64,000 nucleotides of DNA, from contig JACPZE010000003.1 of NCBI GenBank assembly GCA_016195685.1, forward strand, positions 899 through 64,898. Reading direction: 5' to 3'. Below the pieces are notes generated by a model that searched no databases, had not been told where the DNA came from, and saw nothing but the letters and a program-made list of their open reading frames with translations. Every line of letters starts with the position of its first letter. Positions within the stretch are counted from its first letter, which is position 1. Position numbers and translations under genes: made by a program. Below are positions 30,521 through 40,625 of the stretch, piece by piece. The stretch is from Candidatus Gottesmanbacteria bacterium. Its GTDB lineage: Bacteria; Patescibacteriota; Microgenomatia; 2-02-FULL-39-11.

Positions 30521-30632
30521 TGTATCTATCGTAGTTTATATATGTGAAAAAGTAAACTTTCAAACTTGACAAATAACCTATAGTATGTTATAGTCTGTGA
30601 TATAAAGGATCCTTCGGGATCCTATTTTAATT

Positions 30633-31280
30633 ATGATAATCATATTCCTTATCTTATATTTACTTTTTGGAGGTCACAGTTATCACGTAGCTTTTTTTGA
30701 TAACAAACCTTTAGCTATACACGAATTTTCCCTAAATAATAGATATAAAAATTCGTATGTAAATAACGTTTTTAAAGATAACGTTTTACTGGCTATAAAA
30801 TATACAACTGGTGTAAAAATTAACCCAAAATCCATAGATTGGAATGATGTCGAGGCGCCATTTATATATAAAATGACGCTTAAACCGGGTGAAGTTTTTG
30901 CTTTTCACGATGATGTACTCCCCCAATATAGCGGAAAAGTCATAAAAACAACAAACGCACACTTTAACTTTCAGGAAGGATTTAAGTCCGATGGATATCT
31001 TGTAGGAGACGGAGTTTGTCATTTAGCATCACTTTTATATTGGGTAGCCACAGATGCGGGACTTTCTGTATACGCTCCCACAAGCCATAATTTTGCACAG
31101 GTTCCGGAAGTTCCAAAAGAATTTGGAGTTTCTATATACAATTATCCTGGAAGAAGCTCTTCAAATCGACTTCAAAATTTGTATATTACCAACAATAAGA
31201 ATAGGAATATTGCATTCGAATTTAGATTTTCGGGAGAATATTTAAAAATTAGTGCACTTGAGTCTTTATCGACTAGCTAA
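30633..31280 (+). CDS. VanW-family protein
   Basis: GDGVCHLASLLYWVATDAGLSV and downstream SHNF...YNYPG resemble the VanW domain. Confidence 0.55.
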   Translation: MIIIFLILYLLFGGHSYHVAFFDNKPLAIHEFSLNNRYKNSYVNNVFKDNVLLAIKYTTGVKINPKSIDWNDVEAPFIYKMTLKPGEVFAFHDDVLPQYSGKVIKTTNAHFNFQEGFKSDGYLVGDGVCHLASLLYWVATDAGLSVYAPTSHNFAQVPEVPKEFGVSIYNYPGRSSSNRLQNLYITNNKNRNIAFEFRFSGEYLKISALESLSTS

Positions 31281-31904
31281 TATATAAAAATTCTTGCCTT
31301 CCACATCAAACCAGAAAGACGGACCTTTTGTACCATCACCTTTGACAGTATATACATGAAGTAAGTTATTGGAATCCCAACCTGTAATATCAGACAATTT
31401 ATATTCGTATTTTTTATTTTCAAATAAAGGTACTACATCTATATATTGTTTCCCATCTGCAAATGATTCTCCTGTTGACTTAAAGACAAAAAAAGATACT
31501 TTGTCTTTGTCAGTTTCTTTCAAAAACAAATATTTATTATCCGGAGACCAGCTATTATCAGGAATTTGGATTGATTGATTTTCGCCCAGAGTCCTTGAGA
31601 GAATAATTTTCTTATTTGTTCCTGATATTTCTGAAACAGTAATCGTATAGTTTGCCAAAGCTTGGGGTCTGGTTGTTTTGTCCATAACAATTTTCATCTT
31701 TCCATCTGGAGAATGAACTTCTGATGTTTTAGAAGCTTCTTTTATAGGAACCAGAGTTGGGACAGGAAGAATAGTATTTGCAAAAGAAAATCTGTTAAAT
31801 AACATTGAAGAAGTGTTGGATAATTGTATTGTAAAAACAACTGCAAATATTGCAATTATAAATGTAGAGATAAAAACTTTGGGTGTTATTAAAAATTTAG
31901 CCAT
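31266..31904 (-). CDS. secreted hypothetical protein
   Basis: N-terminal signal/TM; ORF only. Confidence 0.4.
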   Translation of the reverse strand: MAKFLITPKVFISTFIIAIFAVVFTIQLSNTSSMLFNRFSFANTILPVPTLVPIKEASKTSEVHSPDGKMKIVMDKTTRPQALANYTITVSEISGTNKKIILSRTLGENQSIQIPDNSWSPDNKYLFLKETDKDKVSFFVFKSTGESFADGKQYIDVVPLFENKKYEYKLSDITGWDSNNLLHVYTVKGDGTKGPSFWFDVEGKNFYILASR

Positions 31905-31944
31905 CTACTCTAGAATAAAAAGACTATAGGAAGAAGTCAATGAT

Positions 31945-32499
31945 CTAATTCGGCTTCGGGGGAAATGTGCCGTCAGGAGCGTACCAATCTTTTACCTGTA
32001 CTTCTGTGTTGGTTTCTCCTGCTTTCACTGTAACCAGTATAAAAGAATGGTCATTGCAGGAAACAGATAGTCCACAAGGCACAGCCTTCGTATAACCACC
32101 AGCGAGTTTAGAATTACCTTTTGGATATGCGACAAAATAATAAGTCCCTGGGTCAACCTCTAGTTGAAAAGTGGATACGTTTTGAGCGGTTTCTACAAAG
32201 TTATATTTTGTTTTATCATTGGCATTAATAGCATAAACTAAAAGTGGTGGGATTCCTTCCGCCGGGTATCCAAGAGTTCCTTCAACTTTTGCCTTCTGTT
32301 GTATGGCTTTGGGCGGTAACTTCATAAGCGTGGGTATCGATGTTGGGGATTCCACTGTAACTGTAGGAATCGTAGATATCTGCGTCACGGCCTGTTGGAG
32401 CTGGGTGTTTTGTTCTTTAAGTTGTGTATATTTCGTCCAACCATAAAAAAGACCAATACCTACCAGAAAGCATAAAATTCCCACAACCACAGTTTTCAT
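31945..32499 (-). CDS. secreted hypothetical protein
   Basis: N-terminal signal anchor; ORF only. Confidence 0.4.
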   Translation of the reverse strand: MKTVVVGILCFLVGIGLFYGWTKYTQLKEQNTQLQQAVTQISTIPTVTVESPTSIPTLMKLPPKAIQQKAKVEGTLGYPAEGIPPLLVYAINANDKTKYNFVETAQNVSTFQLEVDPGTYYFVAYPKGNSKLAGGYTKAVPCGLSVSCNDHSFILVTVKAGETNTEVQVKDWYAPDGTFPPKPN

Positions 32500-32561
32500 G
32501 AGTAGTAGTATAACACCTCTCAGAGATAAATTAAACTAAAAAAGACTACTTAGAAGGTATT

Positions 32562-33083
32562 TTAAAAAGGATAACCTTTGAGACCCTGTACTCCTTTTGC
32601 CGCTGATACCTCACCCGTGAGATTGGCAATATGTAGTACAATAAAGTTAGAAATCACAAATGCCATGGTTTGTTTACCCATACCCATAAAAGATAGGTCC
32701 ATCTCTTTATCTAAATCTGCATCTTTGAGTGACGCCAGATACTCATCCGTAGCCTTGTAGACTTTTTGAGCATATTTTTTAAGCCTTGGCAAATCCACTT
32801 TGACTGACTTATACCAGGCTTCATGTTTATCCCAATTTTTCAAATCTGGCATAGGCTTTGACAATCCAGTTTCTTGACTTTTATATAACGGGTCTTTCAT
32901 AGCTAACATCGTTGAGACTGCCATATCTTCACCCCAAACAGAATGTGCGTAAGCTGCTCCCACCGGGATAGCTTTTCCCGTATTTCGAAAGTGAGCGGTA
33001 TGGAGGGAAACATCAGCCATCGTTGCTTCCTGGGTCTCATGAGCTGATTTAAACTGTAGCCGAAGAAGTCCAACTGCATTCAT
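32562..33083 (-). CDS. DinB/YfiT-like four-helix-bundle protein
   Basis: weak resemblance to the DinB_2 superfamily with conserved His positions; low confidence. Confidence 0.35.
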   Translation of the reverse strand: MNAVGLLRLQFKSAHETQEATMADVSLHTAHFRNTGKAIPVGAAYAHSVWGEDMAVSTMLAMKDPLYKSQETGLSKPMPDLKNWDKHEAWYKSVKVDLPRLKKYAQKVYKATDEYLASLKDADLDKEMDLSFMGMGKQTMAFVISNFIVLHIANLTGEVSAAKGVQGLKGYPF

Positions 33084-33183
33084 ATATTTTTTCCTTTCAA
33101 TAATAAATTTATAATATGTGTTAAAGAGTACTATAATTTTCTCAAAGAAGCAATATTTAAATCAAGCAGTGTATAATTTGGTT

Positions 33184-34203
33184 ATGAAAAAAATTATTAT
33201 AATTTGTGTAATTTTAATCTTTATCGTTACGGCAGCAATTTTTTTATTTTTTACCAAGTCAAATTCCAATAAATTACTTAGCCCCATAAATAAAATCACG
33301 GAAAAACCGCTGGAGAAATACGGATTTGAGAAACTAAAAAACAGAATTCCTGCCGGAGGGAATATTGAAATTGGTGAACAACAGAAAAAAGAAAACAGCT
33401 TTTCTTCACATATTTTCTATTTCACTACAGAAGGCAAGAAGGTAAGCGGGATGATGAATATCCCTACAAAACCGGGTAAATATCCGGTATTAATTCTACT
33501 GAGGGGATTTATTGACCAGCAAATTTACACTACAGGTGATGGCACGAGAAGAGATGGAGAGATATTTGCCCAAAACGGATTTATTACCCTCGCTCCTGAT
33601 TTTTTGGGATATGGAGAGTCCGCTTCCCCATCGGCTAATCCCGTAGAGGAGCGTTTTCAAACTTATACAACTACATTGGATTTATTATCTTCCATAAATA
33701 ATATCAACCAATCACTATCAACTCTAAATGGCAATATAATTGCAGACACACAAAAAGTAGGCATCTGGGGACACTCAAACGGCGGACAGATTGCATTGTC
33801 AGTTTTGACAATCACAGGTAAAAATTATCCAACTGTCCTTTGGGCACCTGTATCCAAACCGTTTCCCTACTCTGTACTGTACTATACTGATGAATTTGAT
33901 GATCACGGCAAAAAACTGCGCAAAGTGATAGCCGATTTTGAAATTGATTACGACAGCGAGCTTTATACTTTTACCAATTATTTAGATTGGATAAATGCAC
34001 CTATCCAGTTAAATCAAGGAACAACTGATGAAGAAGTACCGCAGAGATGGTCGGATAGATTGGTAAAAGAATTAAAAGATAAGCAAAAAGAAATCACTTA
34101 TTTCACATACCCTGGTGAAGATCACAATTTTACAAAAGGAGATTGGTCAAATATCATCGCCAGAAACATCGCTTTCTATCAAAAAGTTTTTGCAACCCAC
34201 TGA
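33184..34203 (+). CDS. alpha/beta hydrolase (S9/dienelactone-hydrolase-like)
   Basis: signal anchor; nucleophile elbow GIWGHSNGGQ; C-terminal YPGEDHNF. Confidence 0.65.
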   Translation: MKKIIIICVILIFIVTAAIFLFFTKSNSNKLLSPINKITEKPLEKYGFEKLKNRIPAGGNIEIGEQQKKENSFSSHIFYFTTEGKKVSGMMNIPTKPGKYPVLILLRGFIDQQIYTTGDGTRRDGEIFAQNGFITLAPDFLGYGESASPSANPVEERFQTYTTTLDLLSSINNINQSLSTLNGNIIADTQKVGIWGHSNGGQIALSVLTITGKNYPTVLWAPVSKPFPYSVLYYTDEFDDHGKKLRKVIADFEIDYDSELYTFTNYLDWINAPIQLNQGTTDEEVPQRWSDRLVKELKDKQKEITYFTYPGEDHNFTKGDWSNIIARNIAFYQKVFATH

Positions 34204-34787
34204 TCTATCTCTTCCCAATTTTTTACCCTCTTCACATTTTCCGGCAAAGTCCCTTGATTCCATGGCCGGTCGATTAAATATACGGGGATATCCAAAGATT
34301 TTGAAATATCTAGACTATCTTCTATGAAAATATCCAGTTTTTTCTTGTCTGCAATATCTCTTTTATAATTGTTAATCCGGGATATGTGCTTGAAATTATG
34401 CTCTTTTTCATTATACAAGTCCAGAGTGACTCCCTTTACCCAAAACCCATGTTTTTTCAACCATTTTAACGTTTCATTTTTTGTATCTATTGGTCTTGAA
34501 GTGATGTAATGGATCCAATAACCTTGTTTTATCCATTTTTTGATTATCGACAAGGCATTTACTACCGGAGGAATTCGTAATTGAAATTCCTCTGAATGAA
34601 CTATAGATTCGATAAATTCAGAAACTTTCGCCTCTTCTATTCCTACATTTTTCTCCAAATAATAAAAATGGAAAATCTCCTCGTACTGAACTGTGGTACC
34701 AAATTCCTTATTGAATGCATCTATGTACAGAGGATATGAGTCTGCAATCACATTATCTATATCTATACCGATTTTGAGATGTTTCAT
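34179..34787 (-). CDS. 5'(3')-deoxyribonucleotidase (NT5C-like HAD phosphatase)
   Basis: HAD motif I IGIDIDNVIAD and NT5C-like overall pattern. Confidence 0.65.
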   Translation of the reverse strand: MKHLKIGIDIDNVIADSYPLYIDAFNKEFGTTVQYEEIFHFYYLEKNVGIEEAKVSEFIESIVHSEEFQLRIPPVVNALSIIKKWIKQGYWIHYITSRPIDTKNETLKWLKKHGFWVKGVTLDLYNEKEHNFKHISRINNYKRDIADKKKLDIFIEDSLDISKSLDIPVYLIDRPWNQGTLPENVKRVKNWEEIDQWVAKTF

Positions 34788-34793
34788 TGGATA

Positions 34794-34991
34794 TTATCCC
34801 TCAAATATTGTTCTAGTATCTGAAGCCCCAAGAGGTCTAGGAGGAGTAATGTCAAATTGTGACCTACCTCGACCAGGAGTGAATTGTCTCGCAGGACGTT
34901 CATCGTGAATATTTAACTTGATTGGACCTTGTGCTTTAATCAATTGTTCGGAAGTAACTTCAACATTTAATTCTTTAACAGTAGGAGCCAT
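34794..34991 (-). CDS. small hypothetical protein (65 aa)
   Basis: ORF only, between cysS and the nucleotidase gene. Confidence 0.25.
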   Translation of the reverse strand: MAPTVKELNVEVTSEQLIKAQGPIKLNIHDERPARQFTPGRGRSQFDITPPRPLGASDTRTIFEG

Positions 34992-35014
34992 ATATACGCT
35001 AATTATACTATTAA

Positions 35015-36550
35015 CTAATTCTTTTTAACAACTGTACCCAAAGCTGTATCTTTAATAGAAACTTTATCTATTTCTTCTATTTCTTTTTTAATCTCATCTG
35101 CTTTCTTGAAATCTTTATTTGACCTAGCAAGTTCTCTCATATCAACTCTTGAAATTGTAGCACCACTAAGATCAGGAATAGAAGTAATAAGATTCCCTTT
35201 TGATTTTGGCAAAGCAATTTTTATCTCTTGTGTAATATTAGTTACACTTAAGTTAAGACCCAGAACTTCATCAAAACGCATAAGCAAGTCGTATTTATCT
35301 CCCGGTGGAATATTACTTTTTAGAACTTCCCAAACTACAGCCAACCCTTGTGCAGTATTTAAATCATCACTGATTACCTCTGTGAATTTCCTACGGAATA
35401 TATCTAACTTCTCTAATTTTTCTTCCGACAAACTATTTCTTTCAGTCGATTGGCTTTTGATATTTATTAATTGACTTACCAAACTATCATAAGCCGTCTG
35501 GACCGCTTCCAAAGATTTCCAAGTGAAATTCATTTGAGACCTGTAACTGGCCGTAAGGAATAGATAACGAAGAGCAAGCGGAGAAAATCCTTTCTTTTCA
35601 ATATCCGATAAACGATAAAAATTCCCCAAAGACTTACTCATTTTCTCTCCATCCACTAAGAGATGATCTGCGTGGAGCCAATATTTGACAAATGACTTGC
35701 CGGTTGCCGCCTCGCTTTGGGCAATTTCGTTGGTATGATGGATGGGGATATGGTCTACTCCACCTGTATGGATATCAAAAGTTTCTCCCAAGTATTTTAT
35801 AGCCATAGTACTACATTCTATATGCCATCCAGGGAAACCAATCGTTGACCAAAATTCTTCAGAAACATTAAGTCTATTAGTTGCGGTAACGAGTTGTCCT
35901 TTTAATGGTCCTTCGAAATACCACTCCATTTGTCTAGGAGTACCCGGAGGTGAAAATTTCCAAAGAGCAAAGTCTGTAACGTTTTTTTTACCACTCACCA
36001 ATTCAACTCTGGCTCCTGCCTTTAAAGTTTTCTGCAGTTTCTCAAAACTTTGTCCAGTAAGTTTTCCATAGTCGGGAAATTTGGAAGTATCAAAATAAAT
36101 TCCGTCTTTTATTTTGTAAGTAAATCCTTTTTTCTCAAGAATTTTTATCATCTCTATCATTTCTTTGACATGATCAGTTGCCTTACAAATAATTTCTGGT
36201 CTTTTAATATTTAATTTTGATAGCATTTCAAAAAAATCTTCTGTATAAAAAGCCGCTATATCCCATACAGATTTACCTTCTCTTTTTGCACCTTTTTCCA
36301 TCTTATCTTCACCCACATCACTGTCAGATGTAAGATGGCCTACGTCCGTAATATTCATGACTCTTTTCACTTTGTAGCCGTTAAATTCCAATACTTTTTG
36401 CAAAACATCTGTAAAGATATATGTACGTGCATGGCCTATATGGGCAAAATCATAAACTGTGGGACCACAGGAATAGTAACCTACTTGTATCGTATTAAGC
36501 GGTTTAAAATCTTCTATTTTTCTTGTAAGAGTATTGAATAAACGCAACAT
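35015..36550 (-). CDS. cysS: cysteinyl-tRNA synthetase
   Basis: HIGHARTY and KMSKSLGN class I motifs; start at Met13 ([11 protein letters not shown]) immediately after the upstream stop. Confidence 0.9.
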   Translation of the reverse strand: MLRLFNTLTRKIEDFKPLNTIQVGYYSCGPTVYDFAHIGHARTYIFTDVLQKVLEFNGYKVKRVMNITDVGHLTSDSDVGEDKMEKGAKREGKSVWDIAAFYTEDFFEMLSKLNIKRPEIICKATDHVKEMIEMIKILEKKGFTYKIKDGIYFDTSKFPDYGKLTGQSFEKLQKTLKAGARVELVSGKKNVTDFALWKFSPPGTPRQMEWYFEGPLKGQLVTATNRLNVSEEFWSTIGFPGWHIECSTMAIKYLGETFDIHTGGVDHIPIHHTNEIAQSEAATGKSFVKYWLHADHLLVDGEKMSKSLGNFYRLSDIEKKGFSPLALRYLFLTASYRSQMNFTWKSLEAVQTAYDSLVSQLINIKSQSTERNSLSEEKLEKLDIFRRKFTEVISDDLNTAQGLAVVWEVLKSNIPPGDKYDLLMRFDEVLGLNLSVTNITQEIKIALPKSKGNLITSIPDLSGATISRVDMRELARSNKDFKKADEIKKEIEEIDKVSIKDTALGTVVKKN

Positions 36551-36551
36551 G

Positions 36552-37034
36552 TTATCCAACCTTCGAATCCTTTTGCAATCCTTCAAATCCTTTGTTGGCT
36601 GATTTTTTCCTGCCCCCTAACATTCCTCTGGCCTGTTTACTGGAAGGCATTGGCAGAGGTTGGGGATTTTTTTTCTGCGCTTCTAGTTGTTGAGCTTTTC
36701 TCCTTTCTTCTTCTTGCGCTAATACTTCAAAAGGACGAAGTTCGGGAGGTTTTTGTTCCGGCTGCATATGGCGTGGAGTAGTATTTTTGAGGACTTTTCT
36801 CGCTTCTTCCAATTCTTTTTGCTCAGAAGTTTGATATTCCTGTTTCCTTTTTTCCATTTCTTCGGGAGAGAGATTGGGACCAAGGTTTTTCAGATAATCG
36901 CCAAATTCGTTTTTAGGCTGTTGCCCTAAAGCTTGTCTAGCAAGAGCATCCGGACTGACAGTCTGTGCTATTTGTTTGGCAGAATCTTTGACAAACTCCA
37001 ACCCCCCGGTAATGATTTTTTTAACTTTAATCAT
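36552..37034 (-). CDS. charged low-complexity hypothetical protein
   Basis: ORF only; Lys/Glu/Gln-rich. Confidence 0.35.
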   Translation of the reverse strand: MIKVKKIITGGLEFVKDSAKQIAQTVSPDALARQALGQQPKNEFGDYLKNLGPNLSPEEMEKRKQEYQTSEQKELEEARKVLKNTTPRHMQPEQKPPELRPFEVLAQEEERRKAQQLEAQKKNPQPLPMPSSKQARGMLGGRKKSANKGFEGLQKDSKVG

Positions 37035-37205
37035 ATAAGTAAGACGAGTATTATAAATTTTTCAAAGCGCACATACGGAACGTTTGAACCAAGTAGATAA
37101 ATCAAGATCAAGTAGTAAGTTGCTGAAACAAGTTCAGAATGACAACGCAATAACGAAATACTGACATCTTGTAAGCTAGAAAAATTTATATGCGAGTCTT
37201 AACTT

Positions 37206-37508
37206 TTAAAAGAACCCTAATTTTACTCTTGCTTCTTTGCTCATTTTTGAAGGATCCCACGGCGGATCAAATGTAAGTTCCACGCTTACATCTTTTACTC
37301 CTTTTAACTTCTGCAATTCACTTCTAACCGGACCTTCTATGAGATCAAAAAGTGGGCAACCCATCGTGGTCAAAGTCATCGTCACTTCTACGTCCCCGTC
37401 TTTATCCGCTTTCACTCCATAGACAAGACCAAGATCAACTATCGAGATCCCCAATTCCGGATCAGGAACATTCTTGAGTTGATTAAGTAACAGTTTTTTG
37501 GATAACAT
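37206..37508 (-). CDS. Fe-S cluster assembly protein, DUF59/MIP18 (SufT-like)
   Basis: VPDPELGISIVDLGLVYGV...MTLTTMGCPL. Confidence 0.7.
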   Translation of the reverse strand: MLSKKLLLNQLKNVPDPELGISIVDLGLVYGVKADKDGDVEVTMTLTTMGCPLFDLIEGPVRSELQKLKGVKDVSVELTFDPPWDPSKMSKEARVKLGFF

Positions 37509-37528
37509 ATTTGTTCTATTGTAACATT

Positions 37529-38164
37529 CTAGAACTCTCTTCTTCCCTCAACAGCATTTGACAAGGTTACTTCATCTGCGTATTCTATATCCCCGCCTAC
37601 CGGCAATCCATGGGCCAATCTGGTAACAGAAATATTTTCCAGATTTGGTCCGCCAACTGGCGGATGAGATTTGAGATTGGAAATTTCACGTTTTATGTAC
37701 ATCGCAGTTGCCTCCCCTTCCATATTGGGATTGGTGGCTAAAATCACTTCTTTTATTTTACCAGATCTTAATCGATCTATAAGTTCTACAATATGGATTT
37801 CATCCGGGCCAATGTTATTAAGAGGATTTATAGCGCCATGAAGCACATGATACAATCCTTTGTATTTACCGGTTTTTTCCAAAGACACTATATCTATCGG
37901 TTGTTCGACAACACACACCAAAGATGCATCTCTATCGGTATCTAGACAAACCACACAAGGATCAGTTTCTCCTATATTTAAACACTGCGAGCAAAAGACC
38001 GTATTGGTTTTTAGGCTTTTTACTGCATCACCAAATTGGTCAAGCTGTATTTGCGGAACATGAAGAAGGTAAAAAGTGAGTCGATTCGCAGTCTTGGGAC
38101 CGATACCCGGCAGTTTTTGAAATGACTCAATAACTTTTTCAACTGATTTTGGCAATATTTTCAT
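37529..38164 (-). CDS. recR: recombination protein RecR
   Basis: HhH N-terminus LPGIGPKTANRLTFYLL; C4 zinc finger; Toprim domain. Confidence 0.9.
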   Translation of the reverse strand: MKILPKSVEKVIESFQKLPGIGPKTANRLTFYLLHVPQIQLDQFGDAVKSLKTNTVFCSQCLNIGETDPCVVCLDTDRDASLVCVVEQPIDIVSLEKTGKYKGLYHVLHGAINPLNNIGPDEIHIVELIDRLRSGKIKEVILATNPNMEGEATAMYIKREISNLKSHPPVGGPNLENISVTRLAHGLPVGGDIEYADEVTLSNAVEGRREF

Positions 38165-38340
38165 ATTTTTTCAAGTTTAAAAGACGAGCAATGTAAAATT
38201 TTAGAAGATCGCATACGGGACTCTTGAATTATGCTGTAAACAATATTCAGTATATAGTTATTGAATAAATATTATTGCAAGTACTCTATATGATCTGCCT
38301 ATATTACGAGCTAGAAAATTTTATATTCGAGTCTTTACTC

Positions 38341-39249
38341 TTATTTTATCATTTTTTTCATGGCAGAGGCGATAATGGAGGCAATTGGAAAAACCGTAAG
38401 CTTGGCAAATCTCCGATCCTCATGCACCGGAATAGTATCAGTAACCCAAATCTTATCAATGGGACTATCCTGCAATATTTTATCGGCTCCCCCAACAAAG
38501 TCTGCATGAGTGGCTGCAGCTATCACTTGTTTTGCCCCTTTTTGCTTCAGTAAATATGCAGCGTTGATTAGCGTACCTCCAGATACAATCACATCATCTA
38601 CTATAAAGGCCCGTTTATCTTTCACATCCCCCACTACTTTCATTGAAATTATCTTGTGAGCCTGATTTAAGTCCCTTTTTTTCTCGATATAAGAAAGTGG
38701 CAGGTCAAGCATTTCGGCAAAACTTTGAGCCCTTTTTGCCGCGCCCGCATCCGGGGATACAATCACAACATCATCTTTGTTTTTCTCAATTTCTTCTTTG
38801 AAAAGTGACAATCCGGATAGGTGTATAAGAGGAATTTTGAAAAACCCCGAAATGGCATCGGAGTGCAATTCTACGGTAATAAGTTTATCAAAACCAATTG
38901 ATTCAATTAATTTGGTAACTACGGATGCAGAAAGACATTCTCCCATCCGATGGACTCTATCTTGCCTGGCATATCCATGGTAAGGCAGTACTGCGATCAC
39001 TTTTCTCGCCTCGCCTCTTTTGACTGCATCACCCAGCAAAAGTAACTCCATAAGATTTTCATCTACGGGATTTGATACTGATTGAATTATAAATACGTCT
39101 TGGTCGACAACGTCTTCTTCTATCCGGACACGGCATTCGGAGTCGGCAAATCTGATGATTTCTACCTTGGAAAGAGTTTGGCCAAGTTGCTTTGCGATTT
39201 CTCGAGCAAGAAGTGTATTACTATTGCCGGAAAAAATTTTAAACCCCAT
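38341..39249 (-). CDS. prs: ribose-phosphate pyrophosphokinase
   Basis: MGFKIFSGNSNTLLAREIAKQLG N-terminus and PRPP-binding loop VDDVIVSGGTL. Confidence 0.9.
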   Translation of the reverse strand: MGFKIFSGNSNTLLAREIAKQLGQTLSKVEIIRFADSECRVRIEEDVVDQDVFIIQSVSNPVDENLMELLLLGDAVKRGEARKVIAVLPYHGYARQDRVHRMGECLSASVVTKLIESIGFDKLITVELHSDAISGFFKIPLIHLSGLSLFKEEIEKNKDDVVIVSPDAGAAKRAQSFAEMLDLPLSYIEKKRDLNQAHKIISMKVVGDVKDKRAFIVDDVIVSGGTLINAAYLLKQKGAKQVIAAATHADFVGGADKILQDSPIDKIWVTDTIPVHEDRRFAKLTVFPIASIIASAMKKMIK

Positions 39250-39372
39250 CGAGTTTTATTATGAGGTTTTGCCCATTTTTTTGCAATAGGAAAATTATGA
39301 TACAATCCTCTTGGTTGAGGAGAGCCATAAAAGTTCACTACTTAGACTCTCCCCAACCATTGATTATCCGCT

Positions 39373-39681
39373 TTAACTTTCTAAACTTCCTCTTACTTTT
39401 ATATCGGAAAGAATACCTCTATAAAGAATACTTGAAGCGGTCTCTTCACCATTTAATCTGACTAATTCTCTTCCCAATCTGCGTCTAACTTTTTTGCCAA
39501 ATTTTTCCTTTCTTCCTATTCTTCTATCTTCATTTGGATCTTTATTCAAATAATCTATTATTCGATGTCCTACTCCGTGTCTAACAAACGGTGATCGGTT
39601 AGGATCAAATAATATTCTAATGAAAGTTTTATTTTCTATCGCCATATTTCTCACCTCCTTTCTGATAAAATTTATTTTCAT
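39373..39681 (-). CDS. basic small hypothetical protein
   Basis: ORF only; Arg/Lys-rich. Confidence 0.3.
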   Translation of the reverse strand: MKINFIRKEVRNMAIENKTFIRILFDPNRSPFVRHGVGHRIIDYLNKDPNEDRRIGRKEKFGKKVRRRLGRELVRLNGEETASSILYRGILSDIKVRGSLES

Positions 39682-39688
39682 ATAAGTA

Positions 39689-40453
39689 TTATCTTGTTAC
39701 AAAATAATATTCCCGAGCAGGTCCTCTACGATTGGGTGGTTGCAATATATTTTCATACTTTTGACGTAATTCATCTGGTGGCATAAAACCAAGCTGAGTC
39801 GGATAATTTATCCTCGCGTTCTCAACTCTTTCATCCATTTCTTGAGGCGTTACAGATAAATAATGACTGGCTTTCAGAGGATCAGAAGTTATTTCAATTA
39901 AATGTGGTCGTCTTTTGATTGCGGGATGACCGGGAGGTAAATTTTTTGTATTTACTTGTTCTGCGCTAATAACTATATCTCCACCCGGATGATCCGTGTT
40001 ATCCCATTCAGGCGTAATCTCGTTACGGTGAATCGTGACTACATAATCCGGATTGGCGGCTTCAAGTAAAGTGCTAACTTTATCTATTACATTTTCTTTA
40101 CGCCTATATAAAACTCCATCCCCTAAATCCAGGGTAAATTGTGAAGTTTTATAATACCGCATGGCATGATTCGCTTCCCCCTGCCTCACCTCGCGTACTA
40201 TTTCCTCCGGTTCTGTCTCTCCATTTAATTTTCCTTTTTCCCCTTCAGTAAGATATACAAATACAACATCATAACCTTTCTCCTGAAATTTTCGTCTTAA
40301 TTTATCACCAAACGCCGTATCATCATCTTGATGCGGAAAGAAAAACATAACCAATCCCGTAGTTCCCTTAACGGGATCAACAGATGCATCTGGAATTTCT
40401 AATAAATCCAAAGTATGTGTATATTCAATTGAAACACGTTCACTTTCCATCAT
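39689..40453 (-). CDS. PIG-L/LmbE-family N-acetylglucosaminyl deacetylase
   Basis: FFFPHQDDDTAFG (HxDD) motif; start moved to MMESERV because a terminator hairpin overlaps the longer ORF. Confidence 0.65.
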   Translation of the reverse strand: MMESERVSIEYTHTLDLLEIPDASVDPVKGTTGLVMFFFPHQDDDTAFGDKLRRKFQEKGYDVVFVYLTEGEKGKLNGETEPEEIVREVRQGEANHAMRYYKTSQFTLDLGDGVLYRRKENVIDKVSTLLEAANPDYVVTIHRNEITPEWDNTDHPGGDIVISAEQVNTKNLPPGHPAIKRRPHLIEITSDPLKASHYLSVTPQEMDERVENARINYPTQLGFMPPDELRQKYENILQPPNRRGPAREYYFVTR

Positions 40454-40460
40454 ATTTTTC

Positions 40461-40488
40461 CCACAAAAAAACCCCGCAAATGCGGGGC
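40461..40488 (-). terminator. intrinsic terminator (minus strand)
   Basis: GC hairpin ccccgcaaatgcgggg followed on the minus strand by TTTTTTTG. Confidence 0.55.
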
Positions 40489-40625
40489 TCATGCTATATT
40501 TATTAAATGTTATTTAATCCACTAACAAATATACCTCCCCGCTATTTGAGAGGTACAACAACAAACTACTAGATTATTTAATTTTCTCTGCATTATATTT
40601 ATTTTATTATAAATAGACCGGATTA

